64,000 nucleotides of DNA from Bacteroidales bacterium (GCA_024686335.1 JAILCI010000024.1:50024-114023); one strand, 5' to 3'; positions 25,155 through 34,343 are shown, counted from the first letter of the stretch. Numbers and translations: made by a program. The notes: generated from the letters alone by a model not told the origin.

Positions 25155-27872
25155 TTATTGAGCGTTCTGTTCTTTGTTATTGTCTTGGGACTTTGGCTTA
25201 CGGTTGGGTCTCCTTCTTCTTTTGGGAGTCTCAGCACTAGCATCCTCAGAGTCGGAAGTCTCAGTGACAACTATCTCTTGCGCATTTGATTGAGTCTTTT
25301 TGGCAGTTTTACTCTCTTTCGGCATCTCCATTTTGCGAATGTAGACGTCGTGTTGCGGGAACGGAATCTCAACATTATGTTTATTCAACGTGTTGTAGAT
25401 GATCTCCTTGATCTTTGCCATAACAGCTGCTTTGTCTTCCACTAAAATCCAGCAGATGATAAACAGGTTAACACTGCTGTCGCCGAAGTCGTCGAAGATA
25501 ACCTGGAAGCCCTGTTTGTTGTCTACAGAGTACTTGCCGTTAGCGTTCTTGGCAACTAGCGGCTGGAGGTCTTTGATGAGCATCTGGCGTACCTTCTCCA
25601 CGCTGACACCATAAGCGACGCCTACGGGGATCTTGGCAAGCACATAACCGTGATTTCGAGTCAGGTTCTTGAAATTCTGTCTGAAGAGTGTCGCGTTCTG
25701 GAAAGCAATCACACTGCCGTCGAGGGTCACAAGCTGAGTGCTCTGGTAGTTGATGCTCTCCACCTTGCCGACGATGCCGTCACATTCGATATAGTCGCCT
25801 ACGCGCAGACGCCCTGTCATCAGTGTGATGCCATAGACGAAGTTCTCCAAGAGGTCTTTCATGGCGAAACCCATACCAGTTGCCAAACCGGCCATCACGA
25901 TGGAGATTCCTTTGCTGGAGACCTCGAAGATCATCAGGATTGCGATGAGGTATAAGCCCCAGGTTATGATCGAGATGCCGTTTTCGACAAGGGCGGAGTT
26001 TCCTTGATTGTGATTGATGACATCGCTTTTGCGACGTTTCCGTATCAACTTGGAGAAAGCGTGGATAGCGTAGTTCAAGTAACGGAACAGGAAGAAGAGC
26101 TCCAGCGCCAGGCAAATCTTGAAGAGTGACAGTTGTATGATGCCGGGTTTGTTCAGGAAAACGAACAAGAATATCTTCTTACAAATAGAAGCCATTTCAA
26201 AGATGCTCGTGGCCCAAAAGATGCTGGCAGGAACGGAAAGCACAGCAAGTATTGGCAGGAGAGCCTTGAATAGGAAATCATAGAACCAGGTTTGGCCAAT
26301 ATATTCGCCCTTGGCCATCTTGGGTTGCAGTTTCTTGAAGATCTTCTTCAGCTCTGCGCTGTTCTTCACATTCTCGCCCTTCTTCTTTGCAATCTTGCGT
26401 GAAAGTCTGCGAGACTCGTACATCTTTGCAAGGTCGTAGAAGCAGGTGATAGTCTGGATGGCAGCCAATTGGATCATCCACCAAATCATGATCTGGACGG
26501 CCAGGAGGACAAATCCGAACCATGAAGCCACACAAGAGATGATCATGACGAGGAGACAGATCATGGTATAGATCATGTCGCTGTCGGGCAGTTTGGCGAT
26601 TTTGCGCTTCACTACGAAGAACTGCCAGATAGTGAACAGCAGCATGATGGGCGGGTAAATGAGGTTGACAAGGTTGTTGGGTATCAAGATGATACGGAAT
26701 ACGATGACGATGAATGCCATCAGCATGAACGGAGCGTATGAACGCACGCCTGCTTTGATTTGATCGTCATTAAGGCGGATAAGCAAAGAGACGAGGATGA
26801 CTTCCAGCATCCAGGCGTAGAAGGTCATCATATTGATGGCCATCAGTACAAAGTTCTGTTTGACAAAGAAACGTGCGATGGTGATGGAGATGGCGAAGAT
26901 GGCCACGCCGCATGCGATGGTTACGAAAGGACGTTTATGACGATCTGCAAAGTACTCTCGCCACCGTTTGGGTAGCAGCCAGCGCATGATGACATAGCTG
27001 AGCAAGCTGGCTACGAGAATGTAGAATATCATGAAGATGCTGATGCCAAAGATGACGGGGCCGCGCCATTCGGATTCGCGGCTGAAAGGTTTGTATTTGT
27101 CGTTGACATCTTTTTTGACAGCTATCATATGCCATTTGAAACCCTTCAGCGTCTTGAAGTAATTGTTGCCACCATTTTTGAAAATGTTCTTTTGAATCTG
27201 CTCGTACTTGGACATAGCGAAAGTGTTGAGCTCTTTGGCGCGGTTTGTCACTCGTTCGTAGTACTCCTGGTCAAGTTCAATCTCCTCCAACATTTTAATG
27301 TAGTTGTCACGGAGAGCCTTGGCATATGTCACACAGACTTCGCGGTCCTCCAAACCTTGTTTATCAAGCATATATAGGCTCTTGGATGCGGTGTCGAGGA
27401 CTACCTTGGGCATCATCTCGCGGATAGAGTCGGGGAGATTGCCCAACTCGCCGTTAGGTAGGATACGTGGTGGAAGGTTTTCCAATGTCTTGATAAGTTC
27501 ATCATAGCGCTCAATCTCAGCTTTGAGGCGTGCCTTCATCTTGTCGTACGGGGCGTGATATCTACTGATGTTACGGTATTGCTCGGTGGCAGCCTGACAA
27601 GCATAGGCCATGTCAAAGGTGAAGTCTGAATTCTGAGAATAGAGCATCAGGGCAATCTGGTTGCTTCCCTGCATCATCCCAATCAGACGGGCACGTTGTT
27701 CCACGTAACGCTTCTCATAGCGCGCCATCATTGCCTTCTGCTCGTTGTAAGCCAACTCTAATTCTGAACGCAAAACGCCGATTGTCTGTGCCAAATCCTT
27801 CTCTTTAAGAACAGCGTGAGCCTGAAAAATAGTCACGAAACTGATTATGATGAGTAAGAGTATCTTTTTCAT
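25155..27872 (-). CDS. Large mechanosensitive channel family protein (MscS/MscK-like)
   Basis: 905 aa. It has a signal peptide, a periplasmic coiled-coil region and multiple TMs. The MscS core is LENFVYGITLMTGRLRVGDYIECDGIVGKVESINYQSTQLVTLDGSVIAFQNATLF. The tail is basic and low-complexity. Confidence 0.85.
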   Translation of the reverse strand: MKKILLLIIISFVTIFQAHAVLKEKDLAQTIGVLRSELELAYNEQKAMMARYEKRYVEQRARLIGMMQGSNQIALMLYSQNSDFTFDMAYACQAATEQYRNISRYHAPYDKMKARLKAEIERYDELIKTLENLPPRILPNGELGNLPDSIREMMPKVVLDTASKSLYMLDKQGLEDREVCVTYAKALRDNYIKMLEEIELDQEYYERVTNRAKELNTFAMSKYEQIQKNIFKNGGNNYFKTLKGFKWHMIAVKKDVNDKYKPFSRESEWRGPVIFGISIFMIFYILVASLLSYVIMRWLLPKRWREYFADRHKRPFVTIACGVAIFAISITIARFFVKQNFVLMAINMMTFYAWMLEVILVSLLIRLNDDQIKAGVRSYAPFMLMAFIVIVFRIILIPNNLVNLIYPPIMLLFTIWQFFVVKRKIAKLPDSDMIYTMICLLVMIISCVASWFGFVLLAVQIMIWWMIQLAAIQTITCFYDLAKMYESRRLSRKIAKKKGENVKNSAELKKIFKKLQPKMAKGEYIGQTWFYDFLFKALLPILAVLSVPASIFWATSIFEMASICKKIFLFVFLNKPGIIQLSLFKICLALELFFLFRYLNYAIHAFSKLIRKRRKSDVINHNQGNSALVENGISIITWGLYLIAILMIFEVSSKGISIVMAGLATGMGFAMKDLLENFVYGITLMTGRLRVGDYIECDGIVGKVESINYQSTQLVTLDGSVIAFQNATLFRQNFKNLTRNHGYVLAKIPVGVAYGVSVEKVRQMLIKDLQPLVAKNANGKYSVDNKQGFQVIFDDFGDSSVNLFIICWILVEDKAAVMAKIKEIIYNTLNKHNVEIPFPQHDVYIRKMEMPKESKTAKKTQSNAQEIVVTETSDSEDASAETPKRRRRPNRKPKSQDNNKEQNAQ

Positions 27873-28023
27873 AATGACGAAATTATCTGCTTTTTTTGAA
27901 ACGGCAAAAGTAAATATTTTTTCTGATTCTGCAGAGTGGGTTTGAATGCAATAATTGTGTACTTTTGCACCCGCAAATTCAGAGACTAATTATTAACTAT
28001 AAATTATTGAAATTCAAAAAGCT

Positions 28024-28965
28024 ATGAGTAATGCTCTCTCTGTCTTAAAGACAAAAAAATTCTGGGTTGAACTCCTGATCATGACGGTTGGTATGATGAT
28101 TACAGCCTGCGCAGTCTACTATTTTCTCGTGCCCAGCAAACTGATTATCGGTACCATCTCCGGTCTCTCCATTGTTATCAGTGGCGTTTCTGAAAGCCTC
28201 TTCGGATTCGCACTGCCCGTTTCTACTGTCATCTTCGTTGTGAATGCTATCTTGTTGATCTTGGCTTACTTCCTCATCGGTAAAGAGTTTGGTCTTAAGA
28301 CTGTCTATACAGCTCTTATCCTTGGCCCGATGATGCGTGTCTTGGAGACCTATTTTCCGTATGAGCGTTTTATTCGCGAAGGTGGTGCCATCCCCTCCAT
28401 TATGGGTGATATTTGGTTTGACCTCTGCTGTTTTGTCCTCTTGTTGAGTGCTGCTCAAGCTGTCTTGTTCAAGATCAATGCCTCCACCGGCGGTCTTGAT
28501 ATCTTGGCAAAGATTGTAAATAAATATCTCCATTTCGATATTGGTGCATCCGTCTCTGTGGCAGGTGCCATTATCTGTTGTACCGCTTTTGCCATCAACC
28601 CCTTCCACATGGTGGTTATCGGTTTGATAGGTACTTGGATCAACGGACTGGTTGTTGACTACTTCACTGCCGGTCTTAACAACAGAAAGCGTGTCTGCGT
28701 TGTCTCCAAAGAATATGACCGCATCCGTCGCTACATTATTGATGATATCCAGCGTGGTTGTACTCTTTATGAGGTTACCGGTGGTTATTCCAATGAGAAG
28801 TCCATCGAGTTGGAGAGTCTCCTTACAAAGGATGAGTTCGTTCAGCTGATGGCATTCATCAATCAGAACGAGATCCATGCTTTCATCACCGCTGGTAATG
28901 TCAGCGAGGTCTATGGCCTCTGGCAAGAGAAGAAACATGTGAAGAGAAAAGCTGATCAACGCTAG
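28024..28965 (+). CDS. YitT-family membrane protein (DUF2179 C-terminal domain)
   Basis: 313 aa. It has a TM-rich N-terminal region with GGLDILAKIV, and a C-terminal CTLYEVTGGYSNEK...AFITAGNVSEVYG. A TActTTTG box lies at 27960-27967. Confidence 0.8.
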   Translation: MSNALSVLKTKKFWVELLIMTVGMMITACAVYYFLVPSKLIIGTISGLSIVISGVSESLFGFALPVSTVIFVVNAILLILAYFLIGKEFGLKTVYTALILGPMMRVLETYFPYERFIREGGAIPSIMGDIWFDLCCFVLLLSAAQAVLFKINASTGGLDILAKIVNKYLHFDIGASVSVAGAIICCTAFAINPFHMVVIGLIGTWINGLVVDYFTAGLNNRKRVCVVSKEYDRIRRYIIDDIQRGCTLYEVTGGYSNEKSIELESLLTKDEFVQLMAFINQNEIHAFITAGNVSEVYGLWQEKKHVKRKADQR

Positions 28966-28984
28966 TCTTAATATATATATTGTA

Positions 28985-29578
28985 ATGATACTTGACGAGC
29001 TGAAAAAATATAAGGTCTATCTGGCTTCCAAATCGCCCAGACGCCGAGAGTTGATGTCGGATATGGGAATTGATTTTGAGGTCATCACTTCTGATGTCGA
29101 AGAGTCCTATGACCCTGCGCTACCGCCAGCAGAGGTGGTAAAATACCTCTCTCAGCTGAAGTTGACGGGTATAGACCGTACGCAATATCCAGACAATACC
29201 ATCTTCATCGCTTGTGATACTATTGTTGTCATCGACGGTCACATCATTGGCAAGCCCAAGGATGAGGCTGAGGCGGTGGAGATGGTAAGGTCTTTGTCTG
29301 GTCGTACTCACACGGTCTATAGCGGACTCTCTGTCGCTACTCCGCACGAGTGCCTGACCGACTACCGTGCCACCGAGGTGACCTTTGCCGAATTGTCGGA
29401 GGAGGAGATAAAATATTATGTCTCCGTATATAAACCTATGGACAAGGCTGGTGCATACGGTGTGCAGGAGTGGATTGGCTGTGTCGGTATAAAGGCGATT
29501 GAAGGCTCGTTTTACAATGTGATGGGGCTGCCCACGAGGTTGTTGTGGGAGATGCTGGGAGGAATAATTAATAATTGA
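28985..29578 (+). CDS. maf: Maf-family nucleoside triphosphate pyrophosphatase
   Basis: 197 aa. Motifs: LASKSPRRRELM, ACDTIVVIDGHIIGKP, GRTHTVYSG and DKAGAYGVQE. Confidence 0.9.
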   Translation: MILDELKKYKVYLASKSPRRRELMSDMGIDFEVITSDVEESYDPALPPAEVVKYLSQLKLTGIDRTQYPDNTIFIACDTIVVIDGHIIGKPKDEAEAVEMVRSLSGRTHTVYSGLSVATPHECLTDYRATEVTFAELSEEEIKYYVSVYKPMDKAGAYGVQEWIGCVGIKAIEGSFYNVMGLPTRLLWEMLGGIINN

Positions 29579-29634
29579 AAATTGAAAATTAGAAGTGCGG
29601 AGTCACTTTGTAGAGACGTTCCATGGAACGTCTC
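29574..29634 (-). repeat. Composite intergenic repeat copy (8-mers + arm + palindrome)
   Basis: AATTGAAAATTGAAAATT overlaps the maf stop codon. GTGCGGAGTCACTTTGTA follows, then the 22-bp perfect palindrome GAGACGTTCCATGGAACGTCTC (29613-29634). Confidence 0.9.
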
Positions 29635-29660
29635 CGATCGTGATAGCAGGTGTTTTTTTT

Positions 29661-29803
29661 CTCCCGCAGATGACGCAGATTTTGTTCGCTGCGCTCACGT
29701 TCTATCCCGCAGATTACGCAGATCTCGCAGATGGACGCAGATTTATATTTTAGATCCTTGCGGATCTTGGATGAACGCAGATTATTTTGTTCGCTGCGCT
29801 CAC
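29661..29803. repeat. CGCAGAT / GTTCGCTGCGCTCAC repeat mosaic (copy 2)
   Basis: CCCGCAGATTACGCAGATCTCGCAGATGGACGCAGATT at 29706-29743 equals 17892-17929. TTGTTCGCTGCGCTCAC occurs at about 29683-29699 and 29787-29803. Confidence 0.9.
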
Positions 29804-29851
29804 AGATATTTTTCAACGCAGAGGCGCAAAGAAACGCAAAGGCACTTGCCT

Positions 29852-30194
29852 GCGTGCAGAAGGCACGCCATCCAAATAACCCCGCACGTTAGTGTGGGGT
29901 ATGACGATGCGGCGGCATATCGGCGTGCCGAAGGTACGCAACTATTCCTTCCCTGATGATGACAGCAGCCTGTGGTTGACAGAGCCCTGGAGGGGCAACA
30001 GACTACAGGCAGGGGTGTGAACCCCTGTGCCAATGGCCGACGGTTACAAACAGAGCCCCGAAGGGGCGAAAGAAAAGCCTTTATAAGTAGGAATTCTGTC
30101 ACCCCTTCGGGGTTCAATAACAAACACGCTGCATCATTCACAGGGGTTCCGCTCTGCTCCACCACCTGCCTGTAGTCTGTCAGCCCTTCGGGCT
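29852..30194. repeat. String of GC-rich mini-hairpins including a 183-nt nested-stem element
   Basis: The hairpins are GCGTGC-agaag-GCACGC 29852-29868, CCCCGCAC-gtta-GTGTGGGG 29879-29900, GTGCC-gaa-GGTAC 29925-29937, GCCCC-gaa-GGGGC 30055-30067, ACCCC-ttc-GGGGT 30101-30113 and AGCCC-ttc-GGGCT 30182-30194. Two long-range perfect stems enclose some of them: ACAGACTACAGGCAGG 29998-30013 / CCTGCCTGTAGTCTGT 30165-30180, and GAACCCCTGTG 30019-30029 / CACAGGGGTTC 30139-30149. Confidence 0.85.
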
Positions 30195-30213
30195 TTGGAA
30201 TCCCGCAGGATTT

Positions 30214-30316
30214 AATTGAAAATTGAAAATTGAAAATGAAGGGTTACAACTGATTTCAATATCTCAGGACTGTAATCCCATTTTTCCAACGTCTTACGTC
30301 TTACGTCTTACGTCTA
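30214..30316. repeat. Simple tandem repeats (AATTGAAA x3; ACGTCTTA x3.5)
   Basis: AATTGAAAATTGAAAATTGAAAATGAA lies at 30214-30240 and AACGTCTTACGTCTTACGTCTTACGTCT at 30289-30316. ACGTCT is also the outer arm of the family palindrome. Confidence 0.85.
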
Positions 30317-30441
30317 AAAAACTCCCTCAGATGCTATTTTTACAATACGTAGTAAATATTTGAAATTCGTTTATAAAATTTAAAAATAATTTTCAATTAT
30401 TAAGAAATTATTTTATATTTGCGCCTCTAAATTATGAAAAC

Positions 30442-31743
30442 ATGAAAGAGGCGTTTTTGCATTATGTATGGCAGTATCAATTGTTTGATACTGAAGAATT
30501 ATATACCACAGCAGGGGAGAGACTGACGATCATCTCGCCAGGTCGGTTGAACAGAGATGCAGGTCCAGACTTCAAGGGTGCAGTGGTTCGCATCGGCAAC
30601 CTCACTTGGGCTGGGGATGTGGAGATCCATATCAGGAGTTCCGATTGGTATCGCCACAAACATCAGCAGGATGAGAAGTACATGATGGTCGCTCTGCACG
30701 TTGTTTATGAACATGACCGAGAGGTGGAACGTATGCCCGGAGAACTGTTCCCTACGTTGTCGCTGGAAGGTCGAATCTTTAATGGCTTATACGATCAGTA
30801 TCTTCTTCTGACGGGAGGTCTTGAACTTCAGCCTTGTTCTTCATTTCTTGATAACATATCTCCGATGGTCATCCGTGGACAACTCGACACTATGTTGCTG
30901 GAGCGTATGTTGCGAAAACAGAATGCGATACGGGAGACGGTGACACATTGCCATGGCGACTGGCAGGAAGCCCTATATCGACATCTGGCCATCGGATTCG
31001 GGCTCAAGACGAATGCAGACGCTTTTGAACTTACGGCGAAGAGTCTGCCATATAAGGTTGTCAAACGGCATGCAGAGTCCGCCTTGCAAGTCCAGTCGCT
31101 GGTCTTCGGCCAGGCTGGCATGCTAGGTGTTGCTGAGGGAGATGACTACTATCTTCGACTCAAGTCCGAGTACGATTACCTTCGTTATAAATACCAGTTG
31201 ACGCCTATTGAGATGCATCATTGGAACCTCCTGCGCTTGCGTCCGCAAAATTTTCCTTGTGTGCGTCTTTCGCAGTTTGCCGAGGTGCTGCATTCAATAC
31301 CGGACCTCTGGGGCGAGTTGACACGCAATAGTTCCATGGACTATTGGTGGAAACGCTTCTCGGTGTCGGCTGATGACTACTGGAGTTTTCATTATCATTT
31401 CAATAAGAAGACGGAACCTCATGCCACGGCGGTAGGGGAGATGACCATTTCATTGCTCTTCATAAATGTCATGGTGCCGATTCTCTTTGCTTATCACAAG
31501 TTTAGAGGTGAGGATGAGCTGTTGGAGGAGACGTTGAACATGTTGGAGGCGATTCCTTTTGAGCAAAACCGCATCACGCGGGGACTTGCCGATTTCCCGC
31601 ATCAGCACGCGGCGGATTCTCAAGCGCTATTAGAACTCTATAATAATTATTGTAAACCGCGTCGATGTCTGGAGTGTGCTATAGGCGACTGCATAGTGAA
31701 ATCATCTATTGTTAAATCAAATAATCACGAAAATGGAAAATGA
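30442..31743 (+). CDS. DUF2851-family protein
   Basis: 433 aa. The N-terminus MKEAFLHYVWQYQLF...GPDFKGAVVRIGNLTWAGDVEIHIRSSDWYRHKH is the hallmark of DUF2851. A TAtaTTTG box lies at 30414-30421. Confidence 0.8.
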   Translation: MKEAFLHYVWQYQLFDTEELYTTAGERLTIISPGRLNRDAGPDFKGAVVRIGNLTWAGDVEIHIRSSDWYRHKHQQDEKYMMVALHVVYEHDREVERMPGELFPTLSLEGRIFNGLYDQYLLLTGGLELQPCSSFLDNISPMVIRGQLDTMLLERMLRKQNAIRETVTHCHGDWQEALYRHLAIGFGLKTNADAFELTAKSLPYKVVKRHAESALQVQSLVFGQAGMLGVAEGDDYYLRLKSEYDYLRYKYQLTPIEMHHWNLLRLRPQNFPCVRLSQFAEVLHSIPDLWGELTRNSSMDYWWKRFSVSADDYWSFHYHFNKKTEPHATAVGEMTISLLFINVMVPILFAYHKFRGEDELLEETLNMLEAIPFEQNRITRGLADFPHQHAADSQALLELYNNYCKPRRCLECAIGDCIVKSSIVKSNNHENGK

Positions 31744-32104
31744 AAATCAAAAACAATTAAAAGGAAAGCAGGGAGAGGACATGGCCTTGGATTATCTCTT
31801 GGAACAAGGCTATCGTCTTCTGGAAAGAAACTATCACTGGGGACATCTGGAGATCGATTTAATCATGGTTGATGGCGACTTCATTGTCTTTGTAGAGGTG
31901 AAGACGCGCAAGAACAGCAACTTTGGTGAACCGGAGTCATTTGTCAATCTGCAGAAGCAGCGCAACATCATTAGGGCAGCGAATGGATATGTGAACAAGA
32001 TGGGGATAGGCAAGGAGGTTCGTTTCGATGTGGTCTCCGTCATCGTCGACGAAGGTCCGAGCAGCATCAAGCATTTGAAAGATTGTTTCAAGCCGAGATG
32101 GTAA
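31733..32104 (+). CDS. yraN: YraN-family (UPF0102) endonuclease-like protein
   Basis: GKQGEDMALDYLLEQGYRLLERNYHWGHLEIDLIMVDGDFIVFVEVKTRK. The likely start is ATG 31733, which overlaps the DUF2851 gene end by 11 nt, rather than 31709. Confidence 0.85.
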   Translation: MENENQKQLKGKQGEDMALDYLLEQGYRLLERNYHWGHLEIDLIMVDGDFIVFVEVKTRKNSNFGEPESFVNLQKQRNIIRAANGYVNKMGIGKEVRFDVVSVIVDEGPSSIKHLKDCFKPRW

Positions 32105-32111
32105 CCTTGTC

Positions 32112-32410
32112 AGTACAAGGTCGTAAATGCATTTTAACCGCAACATGATTTACCGAGGCCCCTGTCCATAGAGCACGCGGGCGGGGAGGCCGACATGCGG
32201 TGTGGACGCGGTGTGAATGGCCGGCCTCCAACAGCGGCGTGCAAAGGCGCTTGCGTTTACAAAAATGCAAGCTTTCCGTGTAATTTTCCATTTGCTACAT
32301 GCTGCATTTTTGTTCCCGTTTGCCGCCGATGTCAGAGGGCGGACAGAGCGGGCGGGATTCATGTCGGCTTGATCTTTTGGCAACTTTTCCATCAAGGGAA
32401 AAGTTGAAGA
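32112..32410 (+). repeat. 298-bp GC-rich structured repeat, copy 2
   Basis: It is co-linear with 19701-19998. The terminal hairpin here is AACTTTTCC 32382-32390 / GGAAAAGTT 32397-32405, a T-A to C-G compensatory change relative to copy 1. Confidence 0.9.
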
Positions 32411-32530
32411 GTGCTATTATATTTGAGGACGTATCTGGCTGTATACGGTTTCTTAATCATGTCATATATATTTAATGAACGAGATGCAATTACAAATAAC
32501 CACCATAGTGCTATCATGTATTTACTTCTC

Positions 32531-32636
32531 AAAAAAAAAAGAGCAACGCGTTGCTGCTCTTCACATATGAGTGCAATGAACAGTCCACTGCTAAATAATA
32601 GAGGCTTTCTGTATTCCTAACCATTGTCACATATGC
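32531..32636 (-). ncRNA. Candidate ~105-nt small RNA (promoter + strong terminator, no ORF)
   Basis: A minus-strand TAttTTTG -7 box lies at plus coordinates 32642-32649. About 95 nt downstream is the hairpin AGAGCAGCAACGCGTTGCTCT (plus 32541-32560, palindromic core GCAACGCGTTGC), followed by T10 (plus A10 32531-32540). Only an 11-codon ORF lies inside. Confidence 0.4.
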
Positions 32637-32720
32637 GGATGCAAAAATATAAAAAATAGTAATGCAAAACACCGATTTAGAACAAGGTAGAAATAAAAAT
32701 AGTGGTTAACGATGGCAACA

Positions 32721-32750
32721 AAAAACGCGGAGTAACAACTCCGCGTTTTT
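32721..32750. terminator. Terminator hairpin immediately 3' of rnpB
   Basis: A5-CGCGGAG-taacaa-CTCCGCG-T5, a symmetric 7-bp perfect stem. Confidence 0.7.
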
Positions 32751-32751
32751 G

Positions 32752-33092
32752 TAAAGGAACCTATAAGCCGGGTTCTGTACTATGTTGTCATTTATCTAGG
32801 GCGCAGGTCACCCTGCGTCTCAATCAACCTACCCTCCGAGTCGGGCGAGCAACCCTCGAGCCTCGGTTTATTTGGTCTTTCAACCCATAAGGTTTACCCT
32901 CGACGTCATCACTGATCATCGGCGTGAGCTCTTACCTCGCGATTTCACCCTTACCGTCTTGCGGCGGCGGTATCTTTTCTGTGGCACTGTCTGTCATCCG
33001 TCGGATGCCTTCCCGTTAGGAAGTATGGTGCTCTGTGTTGCCCGGACTTTCCTCTCCCATCTGGTGATGGCAGCGACAACGAGGTTCCTTTT
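32752..33092 (-). ncRNA. rnpB: RNase P RNA (bacterial type A)
   Basis: The minus strand contains the universally conserved blocks GAGGAAAGTCCGGGC (plus 33041-33057), GGTAAGGGTGAAA (plus ~32944-32956), GGTAAGAGC and ACAGAACCCGGCTTAT (plus 32763-32778). P1 pairing is GGAACCT (5') / AGGTTCC (3'). Ends are approximate to within 5 nt. Confidence 0.93.
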
Positions 33093-33099
33093 TTCTCTT

Positions 33100-34227
33100 T
33101 TAGTTGAGCATTACAGGCATGATGAGCATCAAGAGAGACTCCTGCGGGTCTGACTCTTCAGCAGGGAAGAGCAGGGCAGCGCTCTTGGGGCTCGACATCT
33201 CCAGGCGGATTTCGGCGGAGTCGATGTTGCCCAGCATCTCGCTGAGAAACTTGGCGTTGAAGCCGATCTCCATTTGTTCGCCAGCGTATTCGCCAGTAAT
33301 GCTCTCTTCTGCCTTGTTGGAATAGTCCATGTCCTCAGCCTTGATGTTGGTGGCACCCTCGGAGAGAGAAATGCGGATCTGGAATGTGGACTGGTTGGAG
33401 AAGATACCCACACGACGGATGGACTTGAGGAACTCCTCGCGGGAGATGGTCAGCACATTCTGATTATTCTTCGGAATGACACCCTCGTAATTCGGGTATT
33501 TACCCTCCTTCAGTGAAGAGTAGAGGGTGAAGTTGCCGAAGCTGAAGCAGATATGGTTGGTGTCCTGAGAATAGGTCACATGGATGTCTTCGTTAATACT
33601 CGGCAGAATGTTTTTCAGATGGCCTAGCGGTTTCTTCGGCAAGATGAAGGAGACATACTCATCGTTTTTCACCGAGTGGTTGATATAACGAACCAGCTTG
33701 TGTGCATCGGTGGAAACGAAGGAAATGCCATCTTCAGAGAGCTCGCAGAATACGCCCATCATGGTTGGACGAAGCTCGTCAGTGCCGGTAGCGAAGAGAG
33801 TCTTGCTGATGGCACGGTGCAGAATTGCGGATGGTATATCGAAAAAGCGAGCGTCCTCGATCTCGCTGGGACGCGGATACTCGTCGCCATTAAAGCAAGG
33901 TGCATCATACTCACCGTTAGCGGCCGTAAACTTGAATATGCTCTTCTCCTGGTCTATCGCGAAAACGATCGGAGTCTCCGGGATAAGCTTCAGGGTGTCT
34001 AACAAAATCTTTGACGGGACAGCGACACAGCCTTCCCCTTCTACATTGTCCAACTCTATGACTGCGGTCATCGTGGAGTCCATGTCTGATGCCATCAGAT
34101 ACAACTTCTCATCCTTGATGGTGAAAAGGAAGTTGTCCAGGATGGGCAGGGAGTTGTTGGAGCCCAGCACGCCACTGATAGCGCTCAGATTGTGGAATAA
34201 AACATTTCTCGAAATGATGAATTTCAT
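33100..34227 (-). CDS. dnaN: DNA polymerase III beta sliding clamp
   Basis: 375 aa. MKFIISRNVLFHNLSAISGVLGSNNSLPILDNFLF, three-domain length, C-terminal LIMPVMLN. A minus-strand TAtcTTTG box lies at 34256-34263. Confidence 0.93.
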   Translation of the reverse strand: MKFIISRNVLFHNLSAISGVLGSNNSLPILDNFLFTIKDEKLYLMASDMDSTMTAVIELDNVEGEGCVAVPSKILLDTLKLIPETPIVFAIDQEKSIFKFTAANGEYDAPCFNGDEYPRPSEIEDARFFDIPSAILHRAISKTLFATGTDELRPTMMGVFCELSEDGISFVSTDAHKLVRYINHSVKNDEYVSFILPKKPLGHLKNILPSINEDIHVTYSQDTNHICFSFGNFTLYSSLKEGKYPNYEGVIPKNNQNVLTISREEFLKSIRRVGIFSNQSTFQIRISLSEGATNIKAEDMDYSNKAEESITGEYAGEQMEIGFNAKFLSEMLGNIDSAEIRLEMSSPKSAALLFPAEESDPQESLLMLIMPVMLN

Positions 34228-34343
34228 ACTTTTCTCAGTTTTTAGAATTAAGGCGCAAAGATATACTTTTTTTTCGTCTTATAAAAAAAATATGTCCGAT
34301 ATACTAGAATTTTCTATTTTTGCGTTTTCCTTTTTGATTATTT

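Noticed and set aside
28045-28959. Long antisense ORFs mirroring real genes: 28045-28959(-) in yitT, 43974-45389(-) in kamD, 18282-19214(+) in gdhA, 57780-58817(+) in atpA, 34380-35132(-) in the MORN gene, 42765-43652(-) in GT2, 33698-34462(+) in dnaN, 49390-50094(-) in the transposase, 47649-48332(+) in GH3 and 45196-45900(-) opposite the 185-aa gene.
   Set aside because: In each case the opposite strand encodes a protein with unmistakable family motifs. The antisense products are low-complexity (H/L/V/G-rich) with no motifs. Such shadow ORFs are expected in GC-balanced coding DNA.
29582-30175. ORFs 29582-29956(+), 29589-29816(-), 29800-30165(-) and 29972-30175(+) as hypothetical proteins.
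   Set aside because: They lie entirely within stacked repeat and hairpin elements and overlap each other on both strands. Their compositions are Arg/Cys/Pro-rich.
19701-32410. The two 298-bp direct repeats as att sites of a 12.7-kb integrated mobile element.
   Set aside because: There is no integrase, excisionase or transfer gene between them. Two-thirds of the interval consists of ordinary chromosomal genes. The repeat is far longer and more structured than typical att duplications. It is kept only as a possible recombination substrate.
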